Part shown: positions 1-12,568 of the stretch, in pieces
How positions within the stretch are numbered: position 1 is the first letter of the stretch
Layout of the letters: each line of letters starts with the position of its first letter
Source: Escherichia coli
Lineage (GTDB): Bacteria; Pseudomonadota; Gammaproteobacteria; Enterobacterales; Enterobacteriaceae
NCBI RefSeq assembly: GCF_003334355.1
Contig: NZ_QOWP01000023.1
Strand: one strand, 5' to 3'
DNA: 64,000 bases
The notes under the pieces: generated by a model
The model's input: the letters and a program-made list of their open reading frames with translations, nothing else
Databases searched by the model: none
What the model was told of the DNA's origin: nothing
Translations under genes and position numbers: made by a program

Positions 1-561
1 AACACTAAGTTGGCTAATCCGGCACCGCTGGGCCTGATGGGCTTCGGCATGACCACCATTCTGCTTAACCTGCACAACGTGGGTTATTTCGCTCTGGACG
101 GTATTATTCTTGCCATGGGCATTTTCTACGGCGGCATCGCGCAAATTTTTGCCGGTCTGCTGGAGTACAAAAAAGGCAACACTTTCGGTTTAACCGCATT
201 CACCTCTTACGGTTCTTTCTGGCTGACGCTGGTTGCGATTCTACTGATGCCGAAACTGGGTCTGACCGATGCGCCAAATGCACAGTTCCTTGGTGTCTAC
301 CTGGGTCTGTGGGGCGTATTTACGCTGTTTATGTTCTTCGGCACGCTGAAAGGCGCACGCGTTCTGCAATTCGTTTTCTTTAGCCTGACCGTGCTGTTTG
401 CCCTGCTGGCGATCGGTAACATTGCCGGTAACGCCGCAATCATCCACTTTGCCGGCTGGATTGGTCTGATCTGCGGTGCCAGCGCAATCTATCTGGCGAT
501 GGGTGAAGTACTGAACGAGCAGTTTGGTCGCACCGTTCTGCCGATTGGTGAATCCCACTAA
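1..561 (+). CDS. satP: Succinate/acetate:H+ symporter SatP (YaaH), 5'-truncated by window edge
   Basis: Frame-1 translation from position 1 (NTKLANPAPLGLMGFG...) matches remembered SatP from residue ~4 to its C-terminus (PIGESH); stop at 559-561. Confidence 0.9.
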   Translation, partial: NTKLANPAPLGLMGFGMTTILLNLHNVGYFALDGIILAMGIFYGGIAQIFAGLLEYKKGNTFGLTAFTSYGSFWLTLVAILLMPKLGLTDAPNAQFLGVYLGLWGVFTLFMFFGTLKGARVLQFVFFSLTVLFALLAIGNIAGNAAIIHFAGWIGLICGASAIYLAMGEVLNEQFGRTVLPIGESH

Positions 562-571
562 TTGTTTTGAG

Positions 572-598
572 ATCCCCCCGCTCGGGGGGATTTTTTTA
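572..598. terminator. Bidirectional rho-independent terminator between convergent satP and mog
   Basis: GC hairpin tccccccg-ctc-ggggggat followed by T7 run. Confidence 0.6.
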
Positions 599-1183
599 TT
601 CGCTAACGTCGCGTCTTGCACTCTTCGGTCTGAATGCAGCAACCACTTCTGGTGCCGTTTCAACGTATGGCCCTTCCAGCAACTGAATGCAGTACGGTAC
701 GCTGGCAAAAATACCGTGTACCACAACGTTACCCTCAGCGTCCTTCACACCTTCCAGCGTCTCTTTAATAGACTTCGGCTGACCGGGTAAGTTAAGGATC
801 AGCGCCTGTTTGCGAATCACGCCCACCTGACGCGAAAGGATCGCAGTTGGTACAAAATGCAGGCTGATCTGGCGCATCTGTTCACCAAAGCCAGGCATCT
901 CGCGGTCCGCTACTGCCAGCGTCGCATCGGGCGTTACGTCACGACGCGCCGGGCCAGTTCCGCCCGTGGTGAGCACCAGATGGCAACTCATTTCATCCAC
1001 CAGCTCACACAACGTTTGCTCGATGATCGCCTGCTCATCGGGGATTAAGCGGGTTTCCAGTTCAAACGGCGTGGTTAGCGCCGATGTCAGCCATTCTTCC
1101 AGTGCAGGGATACCTTTATCCTGATAAACGCCGCTGGATGCGCGATCAGAGATGGAAACTAAGCCAATACGTAAAGTATTCAT
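596..1183 (-). CDS. mog: Molybdopterin adenylyltransferase Mog
   Basis: Translation MNTLRIGLVSISDRASSGVY... matches Mog; start taken at second Met of the listed ORF (195 aa). Confidence 0.9.
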   Translation of the reverse strand: MNTLRIGLVSISDRASSGVYQDKGIPALEEWLTSALTTPFELETRLIPDEQAIIEQTLCELVDEMSCHLVLTTGGTGPARRDVTPDATLAVADREMPGFGEQMRQISLHFVPTAILSRQVGVIRKQALILNLPGQPKSIKETLEGVKDAEGNVVVHGIFASVPYCIQLLEGPYVETAPEVVAAFRPKSARRDVSE

Positions 1184-1297
1184 CAAGATTTTTCCGTTTA
1201 AACAGTCTCGTTAAACAGAATGATACACTGCGAAGGGAGTGACAGACAGGCTTCAGAAGAGGTAGCGTGACCGACTTCCCGGTCACGCTAAGAATGA

Positions 1298-2251
1298 TTA
1301 CAGCAGATCGCCGATCATTTTTTCCAGTTTTTCCTGGTCAATAGCAAACTTACGGATACCTTCCGCCAGTTTATCTACTGCCATTGGATCCTGGTTGTGC
1401 TGCCACAGGAACTCGGACTCAGTGATACGCGCCGGACGCGCTTTCACTTCGCCGGTGTAAGACAGTTTACGTTCAATAGCCCCTTCGCTCTCAGCCAGCT
1501 CTTTCAGCAGTGCCGGTGCGATGGTCAGACGGTCGCAGCCTGCCAGTTCCAGAATTTCGCCGATGTTACGGAAGCTTGCGCCCATAACCACGGTTTCATA
1601 ACCGTGCTCTTTGTAGTACTGGTAGATTTCAGATACAGAAACCACACCCGGATCTTCTGCCGGAGCGTACTCTTTCTTATCGGTATTCGCTTTGTACCAG
1701 TCAAGAATACGGCCAACGAACGGCGAGATCAGGAACACGCCCGCTTCCGCACAAGCACGAGCCTGAGCGAAGGAGAACAGCAGGGTCAGGTTACAGTTGA
1801 TACCTTCTTTTTCCAGCTGTTCTGCAGCACGAATACCCTGCCAGGTAGAAGCCAGTTTGATCAGAATACGATCGTTGCTAATACCTGCATCGTTGTAGAG
1901 TTTGATCAGGCGTTTTGCTTTCGCAATTGACGCTTCGGTGTCATAGGAAAGACGCGCATCAACTTCAGTTGAGATACGGCCCGGAACCAGTTTCAGGATT
2001 TCCAGACCAATATTTACTGCCAGTTTGTCGGTCGCGTCCACGATCTGCTGCGCGCGATCGTTGCTCTGCTGTTTCGCCCAGGCGACAGCATCATCAATCA
2101 ACTTACGGTATTCCGGAATCTGCGCTGCGTTAAGAATGAGAGAAGGGTTGGTTGTGGCATCCTGCGGTTGATACAGCTTCATTGCCGCGATGTCCCCAGT
2201 GTCGGCCACTACGGTGGTGTACTGACGAAGGGAGGTCAATTTGTCCGTCAT
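1298..2251 (-). CDS. talB: Transaldolase B
   Basis: Listed ORF contains [20 protein letters not shown]...; start trimmed to the TalB Met (317 aa). Confidence 0.92.
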
Positions 2252-2529
2252 GATAGTATTTCTCTTTAAACAGCTTGTTAGGGGGATGTAACCGGTCTGC
2301 CCTGATGATATCACGACGCAACGTCAGCGCAACCGCCGACAAGACGGTTATCGCCAGGCGAGACTGTTTCGGATTTCTGACACTGCGTTGATATCGCCCG
2401 CCATTTTTATACAAAACCTCATGTATGCTACGCAGAAGTTATCAAGTACCTCGTAGCGTATATACTTCTTAAACAATTGGTAACGTTTACACAGGAAAGT
2501 CATCGCGACCGGCAATAAGAGGGATATGC

Positions 2530-3960
2530 ATGCCAGATTTTTTCTCCTTTATTAACAGCGTCCTTTGGGGATCGGTAATGATTTACCTGCTCTTCGGCGC
2601 AGGTTGTTGGTTCACTTTTCGCACCGGATTTGTGCAGTTTCGCTACATCCGCCAGTTTGGCAAAAGTCTTAAAAATAGCATTCATCCACAGCCAGGCGGT
2701 TTAACCTCATTTCAGTCATTGTGTACCAGTCTTGCGGCGCGCGTGGGTAGCGGCAACCTGGCCGGCGTTGCGCTGGCAATTACCGCCGGTGGACCTGGAG
2801 CCGTCTTCTGGATGTGGGTTGCCGCGTTTATCGGCATGGCGACCTCGTTTGCCGAATGTTCCCTCGCACAGCTTTATAAAGAACGTGATGCCAATGGGCA
2901 GTTTCGTGGCGGACCGGCATGGTATATGGCGCGCGGGCTGGGGATGCGCTGGATGGGCGTTCTGTTCGCCGTCTTTTTGCTCATCGCCTACGGCATAATT
3001 TTCAGCGGAATTCAGGCGAACGCCGTTGCGCGAGCCCTGAGTTTTTCTTTTGATTTTCCCCCGCTGGTGACAGGTATTATTCTCGCTGTCTTTGCTCTGC
3101 TGGCGATCACTCGCGGTCTTCATGGCGTCGCCCGGCTCATGCAGGGGTTTGTCCCGTTGATGGCGATAATCTGGGTACTGACCAGCCTGGTGATTTGCGT
3201 AATGAATATCGGGCAACTTCCCCACGTCATTTGGTCTATTTTTGAGAGTGCTTTTGGCTGGCAGGAAGCGGCAGGCGGCGCGGCGGGATATACCTTAAGC
3301 CAGGCGATTACTAACGGTTTTCAGCGCAGTATGTTTTCCAATGAGGCGGGAATGGGGTCGACGCCAAACGCGGCAGCGGCAGCGGCGTCCTGGCCTCCGC
3401 ATCCGGCAGCGCAAGGGATTGTCCAGATGATTGGCATTTTTATCGACACCCTGGTCATCTGTACGGCAAGCGCCATGCTGATATTACTGGCGGGTAACGG
3501 CACAACCTACATGCCGCTGGAAGGTATTCAGCTTATCCAGAAGGCGATGCGGGTGCTAATGGGTTCCTGGGGTGCTGAGTTTGTTACCCTCGTGGTTATT
3601 CTGTTTGCCTTCAGCTCCATCGTTGCCAACTACATTTACGCCGAAAACAATCTCTTCTTTTTACGCCTGAACAACCCTAAAGCGATCTGGTGTTTGCGGA
3701 TCTGCACCTTCGCAACGGTCATCGGCGGCACCTTGCTAAGTCTTCCGCTGATGTGGCAACTGGCAGATATCATAATGGCCTGCATGGCTATTACCAATTT
3801 GACCGCCATTTTACTGCTCTCGCCTGTGGTTCATACCATTGCCAGTGATTATCTACGCCAGCGTAAACTCGGCGTGCGCCCGGTGTTTGATCCGTTGCGT
3901 TATCCGGATATCGGCCGCCAGCTTTCTCCGGACGCGTGGGATGATGTTTCGCAGGAGTAA
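2530..3960 (+). CDS. yaaJ: Alanine/glycine:cation symporter family transporter YaaJ
   Basis: 476-aa polytopic membrane protein, AGCS-family hallmarks, position matches yaaJ. Confidence 0.9.
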   Translation: MPDFFSFINSVLWGSVMIYLLFGAGCWFTFRTGFVQFRYIRQFGKSLKNSIHPQPGGLTSFQSLCTSLAARVGSGNLAGVALAITAGGPGAVFWMWVAAFIGMATSFAECSLAQLYKERDANGQFRGGPAWYMARGLGMRWMGVLFAVFLLIAYGIIFSGIQANAVARALSFSFDFPPLVTGIILAVFALLAITRGLHGVARLMQGFVPLMAIIWVLTSLVICVMNIGQLPHVIWSIFESAFGWQEAAGGAAGYTLSQAITNGFQRSMFSNEAGMGSTPNAAAAAASWPPHPAAQGIVQMIGIFIDTLVICTASAMLILLAGNGTTYMPLEGIQLIQKAMRVLMGSWGAEFVTLVVILFAFSSIVANYIYAENNLFFLRLNNPKAIWCLRICTFATVIGGTLLSLPLMWQLADIIMACMAITNLTAILLLSPVVHTIASDYLRQRKLGVRPVFDPLRYPDIGRQLSPDAWDDVSQE

Positions 3961-4029
3961 TCACAACTATCGATCAACTCATTCTCTTTTTTTGCTAAAG
4001 TCGGCATAAATTTCCTGCAAGGACTGGAT

Positions 4030-4806
4030 ATGCTGATTCTTATTTCACCTGCGAAAACGCTTGATTACCAAAGCCCGTTGACCACCACGCGCTATACGCT
4101 GCCGGAGCTGTTAGACAATTCCCAGCAGTTGATCCATGAAGCGCGGAAACTGACGCCTCCGCAGATTAGCACGCTGATGCGCATCAGCGACAAACTGGCG
4201 GGTATCAACGCCGCTCGCTTTCATGACTGGCAGCCAGATTTCACGCCGGAGAATGCCCGCCAGGCGATTCTGGCGTTTAAAGGTGATGTCTACACCGGCT
4301 TGCAGGCCGAAACCTTCAGCGAAGACGATTTCGATTTTGCCCAACAGCATTTGCGAATGCTTTCCGGCTTGTATGGCGTACTGCGCCCGCTCGATTTAAT
4401 GCAGCCTTATCGTCTGGAAATGGGGATCCGTCTTGAGAATGCCCGAGGGAAAGATCTGTATCAATTCTGGGGAGATATCATCACCAACAAGCTGAACGAG
4501 GCGCTCGCAGCACAAGGCGATAATGTGGTGATTAATCTGGCGTCAGATGAGTATTTTAAATCGGTGAAGCCGAAGAAATTGAATGCCGAGATTATCAAGC
4601 CGGTGTTCCTCGATGAGAAGAACGGCAAATTTAAGATAATCAGCTTCTACGCTAAGAAAGCACGCGGTCTGATGAGTCGTTTTATTATTGAAAATCGGCT
4701 GACCAAACCAGAGCAACTGACTGGTTTTAATAGCGAAGGTTACTTCTTTGATGAAGCTTCCTCCAGCAATGGCGAACTGGTGTTTAAACGCTACGAGCAG
4801 CGTTAA
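4030..4806 (+). CDS. yaaA: Peroxide stress protein YaaA (DUF328)
   Basis: 258 aa, [16 protein letters not shown]... matches YaaA. Confidence 0.9.
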   Translation: MLILISPAKTLDYQSPLTTTRYTLPELLDNSQQLIHEARKLTPPQISTLMRISDKLAGINAARFHDWQPDFTPENARQAILAFKGDVYTGLQAETFSEDDFDFAQQHLRMLSGLYGVLRPLDLMQPYRLEMGIRLENARGKDLYQFWGDIITNKLNEALAAQGDNVVINLASDEYFKSVKPKKLNAEIIKPVFLDEKNGKFKIISFYAKKARGLMSRFIIENRLTKPEQLTGFNSEGYFFDEASSSNGELVFKRYEQR

Positions 4807-4818
4807 GTTTGCAGTCAA

Positions 4819-4930
4819 TGCCGGATGCGGCGTGAACGCCTTATCCGGCCTACAAAAGCATGCAGATTCAATATATTGCAGAATTCACGTAGGCCTGATA
4901 AGACGCGCCAGCGTCGCATCAGGCGCTGAA
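4819..4930. repeat. REP (repetitive extragenic palindromic) element pair
   Basis: gccggatgcggcgtgaacgccttatccggcctac motif and its inverted partner. Confidence 0.8.
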
Positions 4931-4958
4931 TGCCGGATTGTTACCCGGCATTTGTCAT

Positions 4959-5255
4959 TTAGCGGTGATGTTTGCCTGGACCATGACCGCCGTGATGATC
5001 ATGAGGAGCTTTCTTATGGTGGCGCGGCGGTGGCGGCGGTCCGTGTGGGTGCCAGCGATTGCCTCGCCATTCATAATGTTGTTTCCACCAGCCGTGGTCG
5101 CGCCAGTGACCTCCATCCCAGTAATAGCCACGATTATCACGATCGCCTATCTGTAATTTTACTGACGGGACTAACGTAATTTCCGCAGCCTGTGCTGCCA
5201 TGGGAGCGACCAGAACCAGGGAAAGTGCGAGTACGATAGATTGCATCTTTTTCAC
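4959..5255 (-). CDS. yaaX: Small secreted His/Trp/Pro-rich protein YaaX (DUF2502)
   Basis: 98 aa with signal peptide [23 protein letters not shown] and [10 protein letters not shown] low-complexity tail. Confidence 0.85.
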   Translation of the reverse strand: MKKMQSIVLALSLVLVAPMAAQAAEITLVPSVKLQIGDRDNRGYYWDGGHWRDHGWWKQHYEWRGNRWHPHGPPPPPRHHKKAPHDHHGGHGPGKHHR

Positions 5256-5468
5256 AGGTTACTCCTTTTATCATTGCCCGTTATGGGTCGATATCCGGAG
5301 ATTACGCGATGAGAACGACGGTTGTTATTCTCCGCAATCCTAATCTCTAAGTTACCGCATTTATTGAGAATTTCTCCTTTTTCCCTGTCGTTTTTCTCCA
5401 TAATTTCTTCATAAAAAAGCCGGGCTGCATAAAAGCAAACCCGGCCTGATTGAGATAATGAATAGATT

Positions 5469-6755
5469 TTACTGATGATTCATCATCAATTTACGCAACG
5501 CAGCAAAATCGGCGGGCAGATTATGTGAAAGCAAGGGTAAATCAGCACGTTCTGCCAGCTCTTTTGGCAGATCCAACGTTTCACCGAGAATCGCTTCCAC
5601 GCTCTCTTTAAATTTCGCCGGATGCGCGGTGCCGAGGAACAAGCCATATTCGCCTGGATTCAACTGGTCACGCAGCGCACGATACGCTACGGCAGCGTGC
5701 GGCTCCGAGGTGTAGCCCAGTTCTTTTAACTCACGCATTGTCTGTTGCGTGGTTTCATCATCCACGGCTGCATAACCCAGCTCTTTCAGTTGCCAGATTT
5801 TGCGGCGGAACAACTCTTCCACACGCGGCCAGTTGTTCGGCTGACTCACGTCCATCGCGTTGGATAACGTCGCCTGAGTCGCTTTGGGTGACCACTGACC
5901 GTCGTGCAGGAAACGTGGCACGGTATCGTTCACGTTGGTCGCAGCAATAAAACGTTTCACCGGCAGACCGAGTGACTTCGCCAGCAGACCCGCCGTCAAA
6001 TCGCCGAAGTTTCCGCTTGGCACCGAGACAACCAGCTGGTTGCGCGCTTCCTGCGGCAGCTGCGCAACTGCTTCAAAGTAGTAGCAAATCTGCGCCAGCA
6101 AACGGCTGATGTTAATCGAGTTAGCTGAGTTTAACCCCAGCGCCACTTTCAGCTCTTCATCATCAAACGCCTGCTTCACCAGCGCCTGACAGGCATCGAA
6201 ATCGCCGTCGATGGCAACAGTTTCGATATTGCCGCCCAATGTACAGAACAGTTTTTCTTGCAGTGGACTGATTTTGCCTCGTGGATAGAGGATAACCACT
6301 TTCACATTCGGTAAACCGTAGAAAGCATGAGCCACTGCCGCTCCGGTATCACCGGAGGTCGCGGTCAGAATGGTCACTGGCTTATCGCCCGCAATATGGG
6401 TCAGCATTTGTGCCATAAAGCGACCGCCGAAATCTTTAAATGCCAGCGTTGGCCCGTGGAACAATTCCAGACAACCGACATCGCTTTCAACATTGGCGAC
6501 CGGAGCCGGGAAGGCAAACGCCGCGCGCACGCGCTCTTCCAGGATTTCCTGCGGGATTTCATCACCAATAAACGCCGAGAGGATCTTCGCACTGCGGGTG
6601 ACAAAATCCAGCTTCAGCATCTCATCAATTTCAGTCAGGCTGAATTCCGGCAGGTCGTGCGGAAAAAACAGCCCCTGATTTTTGCCCAACCCCTGGGTTA
6701 CGGCTTGCGCAAAGCTGACCTGCTCATTGTGATCTTTCAGATTGTAGAGTTTCAT
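5469..6755 (-). CDS. thrC: Threonine synthase
   Basis: 428 aa, MKLYNLKDHNEQVSFAQAVTQGL...; thr operon context. Confidence 0.95.
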   Translation of the reverse strand: MKLYNLKDHNEQVSFAQAVTQGLGKNQGLFFPHDLPEFSLTEIDEMLKLDFVTRSAKILSAFIGDEIPQEILEERVRAAFAFPAPVANVESDVGCLELFHGPTLAFKDFGGRFMAQMLTHIAGDKPVTILTATSGDTGAAVAHAFYGLPNVKVVILYPRGKISPLQEKLFCTLGGNIETVAIDGDFDACQALVKQAFDDEELKVALGLNSANSINISRLLAQICYYFEAVAQLPQEARNQLVVSVPSGNFGDLTAGLLAKSLGLPVKRFIAATNVNDTVPRFLHDGQWSPKATQATLSNAMDVSQPNNWPRVEELFRRKIWQLKELGYAAVDDETTQQTMRELKELGYTSEPHAAVAYRALRDQLNPGEYGLFLGTAHPAKFKESVEAILGETLDLPKELAERADLPLLSHNLPADFAALRKLMMNHQ

Positions 6756-7688
6756 TTAGTTTTCCAGTACTCGTGCGCCCGCCGTATCCAGCCGGCAAAT
6801 ATGAACAAAACCTTCCTGATTTTGCAGGTAGTTCTTACCCAACCAGTCGGCAACGCGCTGGGCGGTATCCGGCTTGTCACACAGAGCGAACAAGGTCGGG
6901 CCGGAGCCGGAGATACCGCTCGCTACCGCGCCGATTTCCGCAACCGCCTGCCGCGCCTGCCGGAAGCCAGGCAGTAACCGTTCACGGTAGGGTTCAGCGA
7001 TAACATCTTTCATCAGCTTCGCGGCAAGCTCAGGCTGACGGGAATAGCAGGCGTGAATGAAGCCAGCCAGATGTCGCCCGTGCGCAATGCAATCCTGGCG
7101 GCGATACTGCGCCGGTAAAATAGCCCTGGCTTCTGCCGTCGAGACTTTAATCCCCGGATACGCCAGCACCCACAGCCACTCATCAAACCCTGGCACTTGC
7201 TGGCTGATGATGTCGTTTTCTTCGATCATCAACTGCATACCACCAAGAAAACACGGTGCCACGTTGTCGTAATGAATGCTGCCGGAGATTCGTCCTTCCA
7301 GCTCGCCCATCAAAGCCAGCAAACGAGTGTCATTAAGCGGCTTGCCACAGTGTTCATTCATCGCCATCAGCGCCGCGACCACCGAACAGGCGCTGGAGCC
7401 TAAGCCCGAACCGATTGGCATATTCTTTTCCAGAGTCATCGCCACTGGAATTTGCTTGCCAAGCTCCTGGCAAAAACGCTCCCAGCACTGATAAACGATA
7501 TTTTCCCGTGGTTCTGACGGCAGCTTATCGGCAAAGCGTCCGAGGTTGTTGAGACTGAATGTCTCTGCCGCCTCAACCGTGACTACATCTCCGAGCAATG
7601 CACCATCAACAGGTGTCACCGCCGCCCCGAGCACATCAAACCCGACGCTCATATTGGCACTGGAAGCCGGGGCATAAACTTTAACCAT
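6756..7688 (-). CDS. thrB: Homoserine kinase
   Basis: 310 aa, [24 protein letters not shown]... Confidence 0.95.
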
Positions 7689-7689
7689 G

Positions 7690-10152
7690 TCAGACTCCTA
7701 ACTTCCATGAGAGGGTACGTAGCAGATCGGCAAAGACACCGGCAGCTGTAACGTCATTGCCCGCACCATATCCGCGCAGCACCAACGGCAGCGGCTGATA
7801 ATAGTGGCTATAAAAGGCCAGGGCGTTTTCGCCATTTTTCACTTTGAACAGCGGATCATTACCATCCACTTCGGCAATCTTCACGCGGCAGGCACCATCT
7901 TCATCAATATTGCCAACATAGCGCAAAACTTTTCCTTCATCACGGGCCTTCGCCACGCGCGCGGCAAAGAGATCGTCGAGCTGTGACAGATTCGCCATAA
8001 AAGCGGCAACATCACCCTCAGCGTTAAACTCTGCGGGCAGCACAGGTTCAATTTCAATATCCGCCAGCTCCAGTTCACGTCCCGTTTCACGAGCGAGAAT
8101 CAATAGCTTACGCGCTACATCCATACCAGAAAGATCATCTCGCGGATCCGGTTCGGTATAACCCATTTCCCGCGCCAGAGTAGTCGCCTCGGAGAAACTC
8201 ATGCCTTCGTCTAACTTGCCGAAGATATAAGAAAGCGAACCTGAAAGAATGCCGGAGAACTTCATCAATTCATCACCAGCATTGAGCAGATTTTGCAGGT
8301 TCTCAATAACCGGTAATCCAGCCCCAACGTTGGTGTCATAGAGGAATTTACGCCGCGATTTTTCCGCCGCATGACGCAACAGATGGTAGTAATCCATCGA
8401 CGAGGTGTTGGCCTTTTTGTTCGGCGTGACAACGTGGAAACCTTCGCGCAAGAAGTCGGCATATTGATCCGCCACTGCCTGGCTGGAAGTGCAGTCAACA
8501 ATGACCGGGTTCAGCAGATGATATTCTTTCACGAGGCGAATTAAGCGCCCGAGATTAAACGGCTCTTTGGCTTGCGCCAGTTCTTCCTGCCAGTTTTCCA
8601 GATTTAGGCCATGCACATTGGTGAGCAGTGCCTTCGAGTTGGCAACACCGCAGACACGTAAGTCGATATGTTTATTCTTCAGCCAGCTTTGTTGACGCTT
8701 CAGTTGCTCCAGCAGCGCACCGCCAACGCCACCGACGCCAATCACAAACACTTCGATAACCTGATCGGTATTGAACAGCATCTGATGAGTAACGCGCACG
8801 CCAGTGGTCGCATCATCGTTATTTACCACGACAGAGATTGAGCGTTCAGAAGATCCCTGAGCAATCGCGACAATGTTGATATTGGCGCGGGCCAGCGCGG
8901 CAAAGAATTTCGCCGAGATCCCACGCAAGGTGCGCATACCATCACCTACCACCGAGATAATGGCCAGCCGTTCCGTCACCGCCAGCGGCTCCAGTAAGCC
9001 TTCTTTCAGTTCCAGGTAGAACTCTTCCTGCATTGCCCGTTCAGCCCGCACACAGTCGCTTTGCGGAACGCAGAAACTGATACTGTATTCGGAAGATGAT
9101 TGCGTAATCAGCACCACGGAAATACGGGCGCGTGACATCGCGGCAAAGACGCGCGCCGCCATGCCGACCATTCCTTTCATCCCCGGGCCGGAAACGCTGA
9201 ACATTGCCATGTTATTCAGATTGGAAATGCCCTTGACCGGTAATTCGTCTTCATCACGACTGGCACCAATGAGCGTACCTGGTGCTTGAGGATTTCCGGT
9301 ATTTTTAATCAGGCAAGGGATCTGGAACTGGGCGATGGGGGTAATGGTGCGGGGGTGAAGAACTTTAGCGCCGAAGTAGGAAAGCTCCATCGCTTCCTGG
9401 TAGGACATCGACTTCAACAACCTCGCATCGGGCACCTGACGCGGGTCGCAGGTATAGACCCCGTCAACGTCCGTCCAAATCTCGCAACAATCGGCGCGTA
9501 AACAGGCAGCCAGCACCGCCGCGGAGTAGTCGGAACCGTTGCGTCCAAGTACCACCAGTTCGCCTTTTTCATTACCGGCGGTGAAGCCTGCCATCAGCAC
9601 CATGTGATCAGCCGGAATACGACTTGCCGCAATACGGCGGGTGGACTCAGCAATATCGACGGTAGATTCGAGGTAATGCCCCACTGCCAGTAGTTTTTCG
9701 ACCGGATCGATAACGGTAACGTTGTGACCACGCGCTTCTAACACGCCGGCCATAATGGCGATCGACATTTTCTCGCCACGGCAAATCAGCGCAGCGTTAA
9801 TGCTATCCGGGCACTGCCCTAACAAACTAATGCCATGCAGGACATGTTTTATTTGGGCAAATTCCTGGTCGACGAAAGTTTTCAATTGCGCCAGCGGGAA
9901 TCCCGGCTGGGCGGCGGCGAGTCCCGTCAAAAGTTCGGCAAAAATACGTTCGGCATCGCTGATATTGGGTAAAGCATCCTGGCCGCTAATGGTTTTTTCA
10001 ATCATCGCCACCAGGTGGTTGGTGATTTTGGCGGGGGCAGAGAGGACGGTGGCCACCTGCCCCTGCCTGGCATTGCTTTCCAGAATATCGGCAACCCGCA
10101 GAAAACGTTCTGCATTTGCCACTGATGTACCGCCGAACTTCAACACTCGCAT
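7690..10152 (-). CDS. thrA: Bifunctional aspartokinase I / homoserine dehydrogenase I
   Basis: 820 aa, [27 protein letters not shown]... Confidence 0.95.
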
Positions 10153-10178
10153 GGTTGTTACCTCGTTACCTTTGGTCG

Positions 10179-10216
10179 AAAAAAAAAGCCCGCACTGTCA
10201 GGTGCGGGCTTTTTTC
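10179..10216 (-). terminator. thr operon attenuator (leader terminator)
   Basis: On minus strand, hairpin gcccgcacctgacagtgcgggc followed by a T-run, immediately downstream of thrL. Confidence 0.85.
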
Positions 10217-10233
10217 TGTGTTTCCTGTACGCG

Positions 10234-10302
<69 letters not shown>

Positions 10303-10512
10303 TGTTGTGTACTCTGTAATTTTTATCTGTCTGTGCGCTATGCCTATATTGGTTAAAGTATTTAGTGACCTAAGTCAATAAAATTTTAATTTACTCACGG
10401 CAGGTAACCAGTTCAGAAGCTGCTGTCAGAGACTCTTTTTTTAATCCACACAGAGACATATTGCCCATTGCAGTCAGAATGAAAAGCTGAAAAATACTTA
10501 CTAAGGCGTTTT

Positions 10513-11199
10513 TTATTTGGTGATATTTTTTTCAATATCATGCAGCAAACGGTGCAACATTGCCGTGTCTCGTTGCTCTAAAAGCCCCAGGCGTTGCTGT
10601 AACCAGTCGACCAGTTTTATGTCATCTGCCACTGCCAGAGTCGTCAGCAATGCCATGACTCGTTCGCGTAAAGCTTGCAGTTGATGTTGGTCTGCCGTTG
10701 TGTCACTTTTCGTCGGTTGTTGTATTAATGTTGCTAATTGATAGCAATAGACCATCACTGCCTGCCCCAGATTGAGCGAAGGATAATCCGCCACCATCGG
10801 CACACCAGTAAGAACGTCAGCCAACGCTAACTCTTCGTTAGTCAACCCGGAATCTTCGCGACCAAACACCAGCGCGGCATGGCTCATCCATGAAGATTTT
10901 TCCTCTAACAGCGGCACCAGTTCAACTGGCGTGGCGTAGTAATGATATTTCGCCCGACTGCGCGCAGTGGTGGCGACAGTGAAATCGACATCGTGTAACG
11001 ATTCAACCAGTGTCGGGAAAACTTTAATATTATCAATAATATCACCAGATCCATGTGCGACCCAGCGAGTGGCTGGCTCCAGATGTGCCTGACTATCGAC
11101 AATCCGCAGTTCGCTAAACCCCATCGTTTTCATTGCCCGCGCCGCTGCCCCAATATTTTCTGCTCTGGCGGGTGCGACCAGAATAATCGTTATACGCAT
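10513..11199 (-). CDS. lasT: SpoU-family tRNA/rRNA methyltransferase LasT (YjtD)
   Basis: Listed ORF contains MRITIILVAPARAENIGAAARAMKTMGF...; start trimmed to 228-aa form. Confidence 0.85.
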   Translation of the reverse strand: MRITIILVAPARAENIGAAARAMKTMGFSELRIVDSQAHLEPATRWVAHGSGDIIDNIKVFPTLVESLHDVDFTVATTARSRAKYHYYATPVELVPLLEEKSSWMSHAALVFGREDSGLTNEELALADVLTGVPMVADYPSLNLGQAVMVYCYQLATLIQQPTKSDTTADQHQLQALRERVMALLTTLAVADDIKLVDWLQQRLGLLEQRDTAMLHRLLHDIEKNITK

Positions 11200-11598
11200 A
11201 TTGCCACTCTTCTTGACCAAATGACCGCGAACAGGGTGATCACTGTCAACTTATTACGCGGTGCGAATTTACAAATCCTTAACGTAAGTCGCAGAAAAAG
11301 CCCTTTACTTAGCTTAAAAAAGGCTAAACTATTTCCTGACTGTACTAACGGTTGAATTGTTAAAAAATGCTACATATCCTTCTGTTTACTTAGGATAATT
11401 TTATAAAAAATAAATCTCGACAATTGGATTCACCACGTTTATTAGTTGTATGATGCAACTAGTTGGATTATTAAAATAATGTGACGAAAGCTAGCATTTA
11501 GATACGATGATTTCATCAAACTGTTAACGTGCTACAATTGAACTTGATATATGTCAACGAAGCGTAGTTTTATTGGGTGTCCGGCCCCTCTTAGCCTG

Positions 11599-11739
11599 TT
11601 ATGTTGCTGTTAAAATGGTTAGGATGACAGCCGTTTTTGACACTGTCGGGTCCTGAGGGAAAGTACCCACGACCAAGCTAATGATGTTGTTGACGTTGAT
11701 GGAAAGTGCATCAAGAACGCAATTACGTACTTTAGTCAT
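11599..11739 (-). CDS. yjjY: Small protein YjjY
   Basis: Hand translation of minus strand: MTKVRNCVLDALSINVNNIISLVVGTFPQDPTVSKTAVILTILTATT-stop; below the ORF-track size cut-off. Confidence 0.7.
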   Translation of the reverse strand: MTKVRNCVLDALSINVNNIISLVVGTFPQDPTVSKTAVILTILTAT

Positions 11740-11834
11740 GTTACGCCGATCATGTTAATTTGCAGCATGCATCAGGCAGGTCAGGGACTTTTGTACTTCC
11801 TGTTTCGATTTAGTTGGCAATTTAGGTAGCAAAC

Positions 11835-12551
11835 ATGCAGACCCCGCACATTCTTATCGTTGAAGACGAGTTGGTAACACGCAACACGTTGAAAAGTATT
11901 TTCGAAGCGGAAGGCTATGATGTTTTCGAAGCGACAGATGGCGCGGAAATGCATCAGATCCTCTCTGAATATGACATCAACCTGGTGATCATGGATATCA
12001 ATCTGCCGGGTAAGAACGGTCTTCTGTTAGCGCGTGAACTGCGCGAGCAGGCGAATGTTGCGTTGATGTTCCTGACTGGCCGTGACAACGAAGTCGATAA
12101 AATTCTCGGCCTCGAAATCGGTGCAGATGACTACATCACCAAACCGTTCAACCCGCGTGAACTGACGATTCGTGCACGCAACCTGCTGTCCCGTACCATG
12201 AATCTGGGTACTGTCAGCGAAGAACGTCGTAGCGTTGAAAGCTACAAGTTCAATGGTTGGGAACTGGACATCAACAGCCGTTCGTTGATCGGCCCTGATG
12301 GCGAGCAGTACAAGCTGCCGCGCAGCGAGTTCCGCGCCATGCTTCACTTCTGTGAAAACCCAGGCAAAATTCAGTCCCGTGCTGAACTGCTGAAGAAAAT
12401 GACCGGCCGTGAGCTGAAACCACACGACCGTACTGTAGACGTGACGATCCGCCGTATTCGTAAACATTTCGAATCTACGCCGGATACGCCGGAAATCATC
12501 GCCACCATCCACGGTGAAGGTTATCGCTTCTGCGGTGATCTGGAAGATTAA
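11835..12551 (+). CDS. arcA: Aerobic respiration control response regulator ArcA
   Basis: 238 aa, [30 protein letters not shown]... Confidence 0.95.
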
Positions 12552-12568
12552 TCGGCGTTACCACCGTC

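Noticed and set aside
4959-5255. yaaX as a possible novel His-rich metal-binding peptide
   Set aside because: It is the conserved K-12 gene yaaX (DUF2502); the low-complexity tail is a known feature, not new to this window.
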